DNA from: Fibrobacterota bacterium
Lineage (GTDB): Bacteria; Fibrobacterota; Fibrobacteria; UBA11236
Assembly (NCBI GenBank): GCA_043753995.1
Contig: JAYUVP010000353.1
Coordinates: forward strand, 1 to 34,082
Direction of reading: 5' to 3'
DNA length: 34,082 bases
The position numbers and the translations under genes were made by a program. Below are positions 18,008 to 25,919 of this stretch, in pieces (position 1 is the first letter of the stretch; every line of letters starts with the position of its first letter). Under the pieces are notes generated by a model, which was given only the letters and a program-made list of their open reading frames with translations, ran no database searches and was not told the DNA's origin.

Positions 18008-18070
18008 CCGATCGGTTCAACCGGTTTGGAAAAGGCCCGCCTCCCCTGGAGAGCGGGCCTTTTCTTTTTT
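17990..18070 (+). promoter_or_regulatory. Transcription attenuator (antiterminator/terminator pair)
   Basis: GGAGACGGGCC (17990-18000) can pair with GGCCCGCCTCC (18034-18044), which is also the 5' arm of the terminator. Confidence 0.6.
18030..18070 (+). terminator. Intrinsic terminator in a 5' leader
   Basis: AAAAGGCCCGCCTCC-CCT-GGAGAGCGGGCCTTTT followed by CTTTTTT, ending 28 nt before ATG 18099. Confidence 0.85.
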
Positions 18071-18098
18071 CCGCCGTTTGAACTGTCAGGAGCAAATC

Positions 18099-18806
18099 AT
18101 GACAGCACCCACCTTTCTCCGCCCATTCCGCTTGCCGAAAACCCCCTCGGCATGGCGTACCGGCTTGCATCGCCTCGAAGAAGATTCCCTGGGATCGCTC
18201 GATCAACGCGTGGCTTTCGTGCGCAATGCTCTTGCTTTGGTGCAGCCCATGTCGGTGCTGGAATTGGGTACCGACCCTGCTTTACGCGACAGGTTGGCCC
18301 GGGAAGGCCATTCGGTTTATGCGTCAGCCCCCATGCAGGCCGCGGCCGCGAGCTTTCCCCATCAGGTGCAGCGTATCACGGGTGTGACGCATTACTTCGG
18401 TTACGGTGACACCCATGCCGTGGCCGAGGCTTTGCCAACCTTGGCCGGTCGCTTGTCCCCTTGGGGCTGGATGGGCCTGAAAATTCTGGATCGCGATCAA
18501 ATCGCGCAATGGCTTCCCGATGAGGAAGTGGTGCATCGCGACGGCGCCTGGTTTCGCCTGCGCTTTCGCTTTGATCGGCGCAGCGGCATGCTCGACCTGA
18601 CTTCGCGGCCCTTGGGAGCATCCGGCCAAAGCCAGGGTAATCCCACGCGGCTTCGCTTGCGAAGCTATACGGTCACCGAAATCGAAAGCCAATTGCAAGC
18701 CCACGGCTTGAAATTGGAAGCGCTATTCGGAGGCTGGGAAGGTGAACCTAGCGGTCGGGGCAAGGCTCTTTGGCTCATTGCTCGCAAAAACGCCGCCAAG
18801 AAATAG
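18099..18806 (+). CDS. Degenerate class I methyltransferase-like protein
   Basis: RBS CAGGAG before ATG 18099. VLELG motif-I remnant, YFGY, LSPWG, and LRSYTVTEIESQLQAHGLKLEALFGGW. Confidence 0.65.
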   Translation: MTAPTFLRPFRLPKTPSAWRTGLHRLEEDSLGSLDQRVAFVRNALALVQPMSVLELGTDPALRDRLAREGHSVYASAPMQAAAASFPHQVQRITGVTHYFGYGDTHAVAEALPTLAGRLSPWGWMGLKILDRDQIAQWLPDEEVVHRDGAWFRLRFRFDRRSGMLDLTSRPLGASGQSQGNPTRLRLRSYTVTEIESQLQAHGLKLEALFGGWEGEPSGRGKALWLIARKNAAKK

Positions 18807-18863
18807 CTCAATCCGACAAGCGGCTGGTTTTCCCTGGCCGCTTACCCGTATGGGTTGAGTCTT

Positions 18864-19067
18864 TTATTGGTCGAGGCAGGTCGCGCAGGAAGCCGTAGCC
18901 TGATTCGACTTGAGTTGCCGAGGCTGATGGGTGACGAGCCAAGCCAAAATCGCAAGAATCACGGCCAGAAGGGGTAAAACTCGTAAGGCTCGAAATCCTT
19001 CACCGAGTAAACCCAGAACCTGGGTCCAGTCTTCATGCCCATTCGAAGGAACAACGGTTTTTTTCAT
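18864..19067 (-). CDS. Small single-TM protein with C-terminal CxxC
   Basis: GGAG RBS, hydrophobic VLPLLAVILAILAWLV, and ends SCATCLDQ. Confidence 0.55.
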   Translation of the reverse strand: MKKTVVPSNGHEDWTQVLGLLGEGFRALRVLPLLAVILAILAWLVTHQPRQLKSNQATASCATCLDQ

Positions 19068-19243
19068 ACTAGTCTCCGCCGATTTTGTAACAGGGGACTA
19101 ACCTAGCGTTTGTCGTGCCAATCCGCAGCCCATCTTCGACCTCTCTTTTCTCCGATTTTTTTAAGGGCCAAAGGACCAGCTTTTACCCTTTTTATTTCTC
19201 GATTCTGCAACCCATTGGACATTTTTCCCTACACTTTCTGACC

Positions 19244-20116
19244 ATGTCTGACATCCTTTCCACTCCGACCGAAGGTTGGCTTTATCAGGCCGGCCAAATC
19301 ACACCGACCTCCGAATCCTTGGCCTTAGAAAGACCACTGGATATTCGCTTGAATGAGGAAAGCCTAGCCATCACCCTCTGCTCGCCCGGTGCCGACCGCT
19401 CCCTTGCTTTAGGCCTGCTATTCTCTGAAGGCCGCATCGATTGCGCCCAAGAGGTGCTCGCATGGTCACGCAGCGAAAGCGAAGGCTCCGAATGGACCGG
19501 GCCCATCGCCTGTGAAAATGCCACCGTGATGCCGCCCTCCGGCGCCGGCAAACCCTCCCTCGCCCCGGCGAAGGTCACGCGCGTGTTAACCATGAATAGC
19601 GCTTGCGGGCTTTGCGGCAAAACCGAATGGGAAACGGCCCCTAGCCCTCCCCTGCCCGCAATTCGGCGCAGCGCGCCCCTGCTTTGGGGTATCGGCGACT
19701 TGCCCAAATTTTTCGCTACCATGCTAGCCGCTCAAAACACCTTCGCCCGCACGGGCGGCTGCCACGCGGCCGCGGCCTTCGGCGCCGACGGTCAATTGCT
19801 AAGCCTGCAAGAAGACGTGGGTCGTCACAATGCCGTCGACAAGGTGGTAGGCGATTTACTGGCAGCCAATCTCATTGGCCCCCAAGCGGATGTTAACGAT
19901 GCCTCCTGGCCGGCCCTACTTTGCGTGAGCGGACGTGTGGCTTATGAAATCGTCGCCAAAGTCCATCGGGGCGGTTTCGCCGCCTTAGCCGCCGTGGGCG
20001 CACCCTCCAGCCTTTCGGTGCGGCATGCCCAAGCTTGGGGGCTGACCTTGCTTGGCTTTTGTCGAGAAGGCCGCGCGACCGCCTATGCGCATCGCGAAAA
20101 ACTAAGGGCTCCGTAA
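19244..20116 (+). CDS. fdhD: Formate dehydrogenase accessory sulfurtransferase FdhD
   Basis: ERPLDI, SPG..LALGLLFSEG, SACGLCGK, FARTGGCHAAA, EDVGRHNAVDKVVG, SGR..YEIVAK and APSSL. Start taken at ATG 19244. Confidence 0.92.
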   Translation: MSDILSTPTEGWLYQAGQITPTSESLALERPLDIRLNEESLAITLCSPGADRSLALGLLFSEGRIDCAQEVLAWSRSESEGSEWTGPIACENATVMPPSGAGKPSLAPAKVTRVLTMNSACGLCGKTEWETAPSPPLPAIRRSAPLLWGIGDLPKFFATMLAAQNTFARTGGCHAAAAFGADGQLLSLQEDVGRHNAVDKVVGDLLAANLIGPQADVNDASWPALLCVSGRVAYEIVAKVHRGGFAALAAVGAPSSLSVRHAQAWGLTLLGFCREGRATAYAHREKLRAP

Positions 20117-20123
20117 AAACTTG

Positions 20124-20164
20124 GAATCTCACCGAGGCCGCGAAGGCAGCCCTCGGTGAGATTC
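20124..20164. terminator. 14-bp perfect inverted repeat after fdhD
   Basis: GAATCTCACCGAGG-N13-CCTCGGTGAGATTC between convergent genes. Confidence 0.6.
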
Positions 20165-20381
20165 AATTCCGTCACGCGGGTACGTTCAAACAAGGTACCG
20201 CACGGTTTACCAGACCTGGGTGCGTTCTAGGCATAAAGTGTTCTTTTTTGGAGAACACTTTGTGCTGAAACAATCATCCTATTGAGAAATGTTTTTCCGC
20301 AGCCTACCGAGGCGCATCGCAAATCGGGAGTATGCTAGCGACGAAAGCAGCAAGGTGGGCCGCATTCCGGCCGACGGCGAC

Positions 20382-20768
20382 CTAAGGCAATGCTTCTACC
20401 GAGGTTACCCAATAACTGGTTTCTCCACGCCAGGGTAGGCGCATGAATTTTTCCTGATAATGCAATTTGGCGCGATGTCCGGAAAGCATTGCGGCTTCAA
20501 GGGCTCTCAAGGTGGCGGTATCCTTTTGCGGCACCGAAAATTCCCATTGATTCGAAACTTCAGTTTGCGACGCGCCATTGGCCCCTTCATTGAGAACCAT
20601 TCCCAGATTGAGTTGGCCCTCATAGGTTTTGAATAGCACGCCTTTATGACTGAGCTTGATCACGGTACCGGCTCGAAAGCCCTCGCTGTAATTTCCGAAA
20701 GCGAAATAGCCACCCACACCCACGATAACCACCAGCAGCAGAATCAGAAATCCAATCACTTTTTTCAT
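20382..20768 (-). CDS. Conserved hypothetical membrane-anchored protein
   Basis: ATG 20768 with GGAG RBS. N-terminal TM, YSEGFRAG.VIKLSHKG..FKTYEG, WEFSV, and LHYQE..WRGET. Confidence 0.75.
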   Translation of the reverse strand: MKKVIGFLILLLVVIVGVGGYFAFGNYSEGFRAGTVIKLSHKGVLFKTYEGQLNLGMVLNEGANGASQTEVSNQWEFSVPQKDTATLRALEAAMLSGHRAKLHYQEKFMRLPWRGETSYWVTSVEALP

Positions 20769-20909
20769 CGTTGTCTCCAGCCCCAAGAATAATTCGCCGC
20801 TGCCTGGTTGATAAGGCCGAAACGCGGACTTCGGGCATTTCAGAATGCCCGCTGCCGATTCGGTAAGGCGCGTCTTCCCAAAACAAATATGGCTTAACCC
20901 ACCGCGAAA

Positions 20910-20931
20910 AATAGTGATCAAGATCACGTCT
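20910..20931. promoter_or_regulatory. CRP-type operator
   Basis: aataGTGAtcaagaTCACgtct: GTGA-N6-TCAC, also a perfect GTGATC-aa-GATCAC palindrome, upstream of a Crp-family gene. Confidence 0.6.
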
Positions 20932-21043
20932 CACCCGTGCGACCGTCACACCGACGTTTCCATCAAACGTCCTATGGCTGCTTGTGAATCAAGCGGCCCG
21001 GCACCACCAATCACCCCCGGGCGAATGCTCCAGGAGAGACATC

Positions 21044-21787
21044 ATGGAAACTTCCATCTATACCACCCCCTTATTTCCCGCCCACGAAGCCCTGAAAGGC
21101 GTGGATCTTTTCACGGCTCTGGACGATCGCGAAATCCTGCGGCTCGCCTCTGCCACGAGGGTGAAGTCCTGCCTGCGCGGCGAGACTCTGGTCATCGAAA
21201 ACGAAAAAGGTGGGGATCATCTTTATGTAGTGGCAGAAGGCGAAGTCGCCGTGACTCTCGATGGTGGCGACGGCAAGGAAACCATCCTCGCCCTCCTAAA
21301 GCGGGGCGATTTTTTCGGGGACATGTCCTTGCTGGACGGCGCACCCCATTCCGCATCGGTACGGGCCACCCAACCCTCCAAGCTTGTTTCCCTGCGCCGC
21401 GAAGACTTTCAGCGCCTTTTGCGCGACAATACCGACCTATCCTGGTCTTTGCTTTGCGAATTGACCCGACGCCTTCGCCAGAGCAATCGCAAGGTCGCCT
21501 GCTTGGCCCATCAACGTGTCGAAAGACGCATCGCGTCGGCCATTTGGCAGCTTTTCGAAGAGCGTGGCGTACGCCTCAAAGACGAGAATGGCCGTCGTAG
21601 CCTCATTCTGCGCCATCGCCCCACCCAGCAGCATATTGCTGAAATGGCGGGCACTTCGCGTGAAACCGTTTCGCGCATGCTCACGGCCTGGGAAAAACGC
21701 GGTGTCCTTCGTGAAGAAAATCACGATTTATTTTTACTTGAGGAAAAAGCCCTGCGCTTCATGGCAGGCGAAATGGAAGCCGCTTAA
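21044..21787 (+). CDS. Crp/Fnr family transcriptional regulator
   Basis: RBS CAGGAG. cNMP domain (LYVVAEGEV, GDFFGDMSLLD..SASVRA) and HTH TQQHIAEMAGTSRETVSR. Confidence 0.92.
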   Translation: METSIYTTPLFPAHEALKGVDLFTALDDREILRLASATRVKSCLRGETLVIENEKGGDHLYVVAEGEVAVTLDGGDGKETILALLKRGDFFGDMSLLDGAPHSASVRATQPSKLVSLRREDFQRLLRDNTDLSWSLLCELTRRLRQSNRKVACLAHQRVERRIASAIWQLFEERGVRLKDENGRRSLILRHRPTQQHIAEMAGTSRETVSRMLTAWEKRGVLREENHDLFLLEEKALRFMAGEMEAA

Positions 21788-21830
21788 CCTTGGCTTGAAA
21801 TGCGGTGAAGCCGCATACTCTCTTCTAACA

Positions 21831-21866
21831 CTCCGCCTCTCCCGGCCAAAGCCCGGAGAGGCGGGG
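21831..21866. terminator. GC-rich hairpin between convergent crp-like and lysA genes
   Basis: CTCCGCCTCTCC-N12-GGAGAGGCGGGG. No strong U-tract. Confidence 0.5.
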
Positions 21867-21868
21867 GC

Positions 21869-23143
21869 CTACCCCTGCAAACGCGCGGGTACGCGTTCGT
21901 TGAGCAGCAAATGCTCAAAGCTTTGGCGTTCGCGTATCACTTCGGCTTGACTGTCTTGCAATAACACTTCCGGGGCATAGCGACGGGTATTGTAATTGCT
22001 CGACATGACCGAGCCATAGGCGCCGGTATCATGCAAAACCAGAAAGTCGCCTACCTTGGCTTCGGGCATTTTACGAGTGACGACCACGCCGCCTTCTTCC
22101 TGGGTGAAGACATCGCCGCTTTCGCAGAGCGGACCTGACACCACGGCTTCGACGCTGCGCGTGGGTTCGCGGCCGTCCGCGGTGGCTATGGATATTTCAT
22201 GATAGCTGCCATACATGGCCGGACGCACCAAGCAATCAAAGCCGGCATCGACGGCATAAAACAAATTATCACCCTGCTTTTTCACCGATCGAATGGTGGT
22301 GACCAGGCTGCCTGACTCGGCCACCAAATAGCGACCAGGTTCGACTTCGAGGGTGATGGGATGGCCGAGATCACGTTCAATGAGCTTGCGGGCCTTGTCC
22401 CAGAGCTCATAGTAAGCCTTGAGATCGATGCGCGACTGGTTTTTACGATAGGGAATGGGCAAGCCGCCGCCCGCGCTAATAACATGCAGGTTGGGCCCGA
22501 AGCGCTTGGCAGCTTTCACCATGGCATCACAAACCGTGGACAAGTGATCGAAATCGGTGCCTGAGCCGATATGCATGTGCAAGCCGACAATGTGCACGCC
22601 CGCTTGCTGTCCCAAACGCAAGGCATCTTCCAGCTGGGTATGCCAAATACCGTGCTTGCTCCATTCGCCGCCAGTATTGGTTTTACGGCTATGCCCATGG
22701 CCGAAACCAGGGTTGATGCGCAAGGTGACTTCGGTTCCGGGGGCGAATTGGCCAAGTTGCTCAATCATGTCGATAGAGCCGACATTGACCGGCAATTGGT
22801 GTTCGCGAATCAGGGCCTTCACATCGTCATCGAAGAGATCGGCGGTGAAAACCAAGCCGGGCACACCCTTCGGGCCGGTGGGCTTGGCGGAATACCCCAC
22901 GCGCAAGGCTCTCACGATTTCACCCGCCGAAACCGCATCGACGACGACGTCACGTTGACGCATTAAAGTGAGAATGGCGAGATTGGAGCAGGCCTTTTGG
23001 GCAAAGCGGATGACGTCGAAATTCTGCAATTCGGCGATACGTTTTTCGATGACGCTCTGATCATAGGTGAAAAGCGGGGTCCCGTAGCTCTTGGCGAGTT
23101 CGGTTACCGCGATGCCGCCGATTTGCTGAATCAACTTGTCCAT
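21869..23143 (-). CDS. lysA: Diaminopimelate decarboxylase
   Basis: FAQKACSN (PLP Lys), RINPGFGHGH..TNTGG..SKHG, HMHIGSG, EPGRYLV, GPLCESGD and GAYG..MSSNYN. Confidence 0.96.
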   Translation of the reverse strand: MDKLIQQIGGIAVTELAKSYGTPLFTYDQSVIEKRIAELQNFDVIRFAQKACSNLAILTLMRQRDVVVDAVSAGEIVRALRVGYSAKPTGPKGVPGLVFTADLFDDDVKALIREHQLPVNVGSIDMIEQLGQFAPGTEVTLRINPGFGHGHSRKTNTGGEWSKHGIWHTQLEDALRLGQQAGVHIVGLHMHIGSGTDFDHLSTVCDAMVKAAKRFGPNLHVISAGGGLPIPYRKNQSRIDLKAYYELWDKARKLIERDLGHPITLEVEPGRYLVAESGSLVTTIRSVKKQGDNLFYAVDAGFDCLVRPAMYGSYHEISIATADGREPTRSVEAVVSGPLCESGDVFTQEEGGVVVTRKMPEAKVGDFLVLHDTGAYGSVMSSNYNTRRYAPEVLLQDSQAEVIRERQSFEHLLLNERVPARLQG

Positions 23144-23216
23144 GAAAACCCGGTCCTTTGCTTTGGATAGGCAAAGTTAACCGGACGTGATGAGTATGCG
23201 ATCTTCGGGGCAGCTC

Positions 23217-23420
23217 TTATCCCGCCGGGGTCGCCTTATCGCCGGCATCCGTGGCCTCGGCCTCACCCTTGTCGCGCTTGAGGTTGTAGCGCACGACCAT
23301 GAATTTTTCCAATAAAACCACGGTGCTTTGAATGCCTTTCTCGACCTTGGCGAGCTGAAAGAAAAGATTCAGGAAGAAAAAGGCGAGGCTGAGGGTCAGT
23401 AAGGCAATGAGAAAACTCAT
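23217..23420 (-). CDS. Small membrane-anchored hypothetical protein
   Basis: N-terminal hydrophobic helix and charged tail. Co-oriented upstream of lysA. Confidence 0.5.
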   Translation of the reverse strand: MSFLIALLTLSLAFFFLNLFFQLAKVEKGIQSTVVLLEKFMVVRYNLKRDKGEAEATDAGDKATPAG

Positions 23421-23596
23421 GGGGGAATTTTAATCTTACCTGACCTGGAGTTACCAGGATATAGAATGAGTGGTCGAATTTCTCGAAAAAACAGGATATG
23501 CTCCCTCCCTATGCCCAAATCCACCCCCTGGCTTGAGTTAGATTTGAAACGGAGGTTTCCCCCTCTGGCTTCGGAAAGATCATAGGCCAAAACACC

Positions 23597-25888
23597 ATGC
23601 TTGAAGATTCACGCAAATCGGATTCCCAAACCGAACGCGATGTGCTCGCCGGCTCCGCCTCCGCCGCTGACATCCCACTGAATACCTCTGGGTCCGTACC
23701 GATGGCCACAGCTTCCGGTCGCCGCTCTTCTCCGTCCGCTACCATTTCCGCGACTTCGGATGAAAAGGGGCCGCTTAAAACCACCTTACTGGCCTATCGT
23801 AAAGACACCTTGGCCGCCTTTGCTTCCATGCTCAAAGAGGCAGAAGTCGGAGCCTTTCTTAGCCTATTCGCGGGTAATTATGGGCGATCAGACAAGGTGC
23901 AAAGTGATATTGCCTTGTGTTTATTCGGCCCGGGGGATAATGCCGAAAGCTTTGTCCATGATATCGCCTCGCTCAAGCTCATTGCCAAGGTGCCATGCGT
24001 CTTGGCCGTGGCCCTGGAAGGTTCGCTGAATCAAATCCAGGACATCAAGACCGAATTGGCGGTCGACGACATTCTCTTTTTGCCATTGCCTCCTCAGGAG
24101 CTTGGCAAAATATTGAAGACCTATGTGGCTTCCTTGCGCATTGAAAAGCGCAAGCGCTCCATGCGCAGTGACTTTTCGCGCAAGGCCCCGGCCTTAGGCA
24201 GCATACTCGTCGAAAACGCCATCATCACCCCGCTCCAGCTGAAAAAAGCCCTCGACTATCAGAAGGAAACTGCGGGGTCGCGCCTCGGCGATACGCTGGT
24301 GAGCCTGGGCTATATCGACGAGTTCCAGAAAACGCATTTCCTGGCCAGCCAAATGGGCGTGCCGGTAGCAACTCCCAAGCAATTCGCCTCCGCCGATCTC
24401 AATGTGGTGGCTCTCATTCCCGAGCGTATTGCCCGCGAATACCATTGCATTGCTTTGGAGCGGCAAGAGAACGAATTGCTCGTCGCCATGGTGGACACCA
24501 CCAATCTCAAGTTGCTCGACAACTTGCGCGATCTCACCGACTTGGTGATACGCCCGATTCTCGGTACCGTGGAAGACATCACGGTTTCGATTGACCGCTA
24601 TTATCGCGACATCGCTTCGCACCGTAGCGCGAGCGACTTGATGGCCGACCTCGCCACCGAGGTCCAGTACATCAAGAAAGTCGAAGAGGAAATGGGCGTC
24701 GAGGAGGCGGCCTCGGCGGGCGCTGAACTCGGCATCATCAAATTGGTGAATATGCTCATCGCCAATGCCGTGCGCGATAAGGCCAGCGATATTCACGTCG
24801 AGCCGATGGAAAAAGAATTGGTGGTACGCTATCGCGTCGACGGCGAATTGCGCCGCGTGATGTCGCCACCCCGTCACAGCCATCAGGCCATTATTACCCG
24901 TATTAAAATTCTTTCCGACCTCAATATCGCCGAACGCCGCCTGCCCCAGGACGGACGCATGGTGGTGAAAATCGGCGCCAAGGAAGTCGACGTTCGTGTG
25001 TCGATTCTGCCTTCGATTTGGGGCGAGAAATGCGTGCTTCGCATACTTGATAAGGAAGCCTACGAGAAGAGCATGCTCAATCTCGGCTTCGGCGATTACG
25101 AACTCGATATTTTCAAAGAGAATATCAACAAGCCCTATGGCATGGTGGTCGTGACCGGTCCGACCGGTTCGGGTAAAAGCACCACTTTGTATGCCGCCTT
25201 GCAGCAAATCAAAGATGTCTCGACCAATATCATCACGGTCGAAGACCCGGTCGAATATCACATGGAAGGCATCACCCAGGTGCATGTGAATAGCGCCATT
25301 GGCATGAGCTTCGCCACGGCGCTACGTTCGATTCTGCGTCAAGATCCCGATACCATTCTCATCGGAGAAATTCGCGACGGCGAAACCGCCGACATTGCCA
25401 TCAAAATGGCCTTGACCGGTCACTTGGTCTTTTCCAGCTTGCATACCAATGATGCCGCCTCAGCCATTGCCCGCTTCACCGATATCGGTATTCCGCCCCT
25501 GCTATTGGCGAGCTCATTGAACTTGGTCATCGCCCAACGCTTGGTTCGGCGCATTTGCCCGCGTTGCAAGGTGCCCTATACCCCGCCTCCGGAAATGCTC
25601 GAAGAGTTGCACTTGCCCGTGAAGGATTCGGCTGGCATTAAATTCCACATGGGCGAAGGCTGCGTGGCCTGCAATGGCACGGGCTATAGCGGTCGACTGG
25701 GCATATTCGAAATGCTCAGCGTCAGTCGCGAAGTGCGCAAGCTCATTTTGAAAGGCTCAGGCACCCAAGAAATCTCCGATCAAGCCGAAAAAGAGGGCAT
25801 GAAAAACCTGCGTCATGCGGGCATAGACCTCGTTTTGCGCGGTGAAACCACCATTGAACAGGTGCTTGCCGCCACCACCGAGATTTAA
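23597..25888 (+). CDS. pilB: PilB/GspE-family secretion ATPase with MshEN and receiver-like N-terminus
   Basis: ASDIHVEP, RYRVDG, ERRLPQDG, Walker A GPTGSGKST, EDPVEY, LRQDPD.ILIGEIRD, TGHLVFSSLHTN, and CPRC...CVAC. PilB versus GspE not resolved. Confidence 0.88.
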   Translation: MLEDSRKSDSQTERDVLAGSASAADIPLNTSGSVPMATASGRRSSPSATISATSDEKGPLKTTLLAYRKDTLAAFASMLKEAEVGAFLSLFAGNYGRSDKVQSDIALCLFGPGDNAESFVHDIASLKLIAKVPCVLAVALEGSLNQIQDIKTELAVDDILFLPLPPQELGKILKTYVASLRIEKRKRSMRSDFSRKAPALGSILVENAIITPLQLKKALDYQKETAGSRLGDTLVSLGYIDEFQKTHFLASQMGVPVATPKQFASADLNVVALIPERIAREYHCIALERQENELLVAMVDTTNLKLLDNLRDLTDLVIRPILGTVEDITVSIDRYYRDIASHRSASDLMADLATEVQYIKKVEEEMGVEEAASAGAELGIIKLVNMLIANAVRDKASDIHVEPMEKELVVRYRVDGELRRVMSPPRHSHQAIITRIKILSDLNIAERRLPQDGRMVVKIGAKEVDVRVSILPSIWGEKCVLRILDKEAYEKSMLNLGFGDYELDIFKENINKPYGMVVVTGPTGSGKSTTLYAALQQIKDVSTNIITVEDPVEYHMEGITQVHVNSAIGMSFATALRSILRQDPDTILIGEIRDGETADIAIKMALTGHLVFSSLHTNDAASAIARFTDIGIPPLLLASSLNLVIAQRLVRRICPRCKVPYTPPPEMLEELHLPVKDSAGIKFHMGEGCVACNGTGYSGRLGIFEMLSVSREVRKLILKGSGTQEISDQAEKEGMKNLRHAGIDLVLRGETTIEQVLAATTEI

Positions 25889-25919
25889 GGAAAGAAGACG
25901 GGCGAACTTTAGGTCCTTT

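Noticed and set aside
17937..18098. In-frame N-terminal extension of the methyltransferase-like ORF
   Set aside because: It runs through a terminator, and a good RBS marks ATG 18099.
20845..21600. 251-aa plus-strand ORF overlapping the Crp gene
   Set aside because: Alternate frame, Arg/Pro-rich, no motifs.
24194..25285. 363-aa minus-strand ORF
   Set aside because: Antisense shadow of the PilB/GspE ATPase, expected from codon bias.
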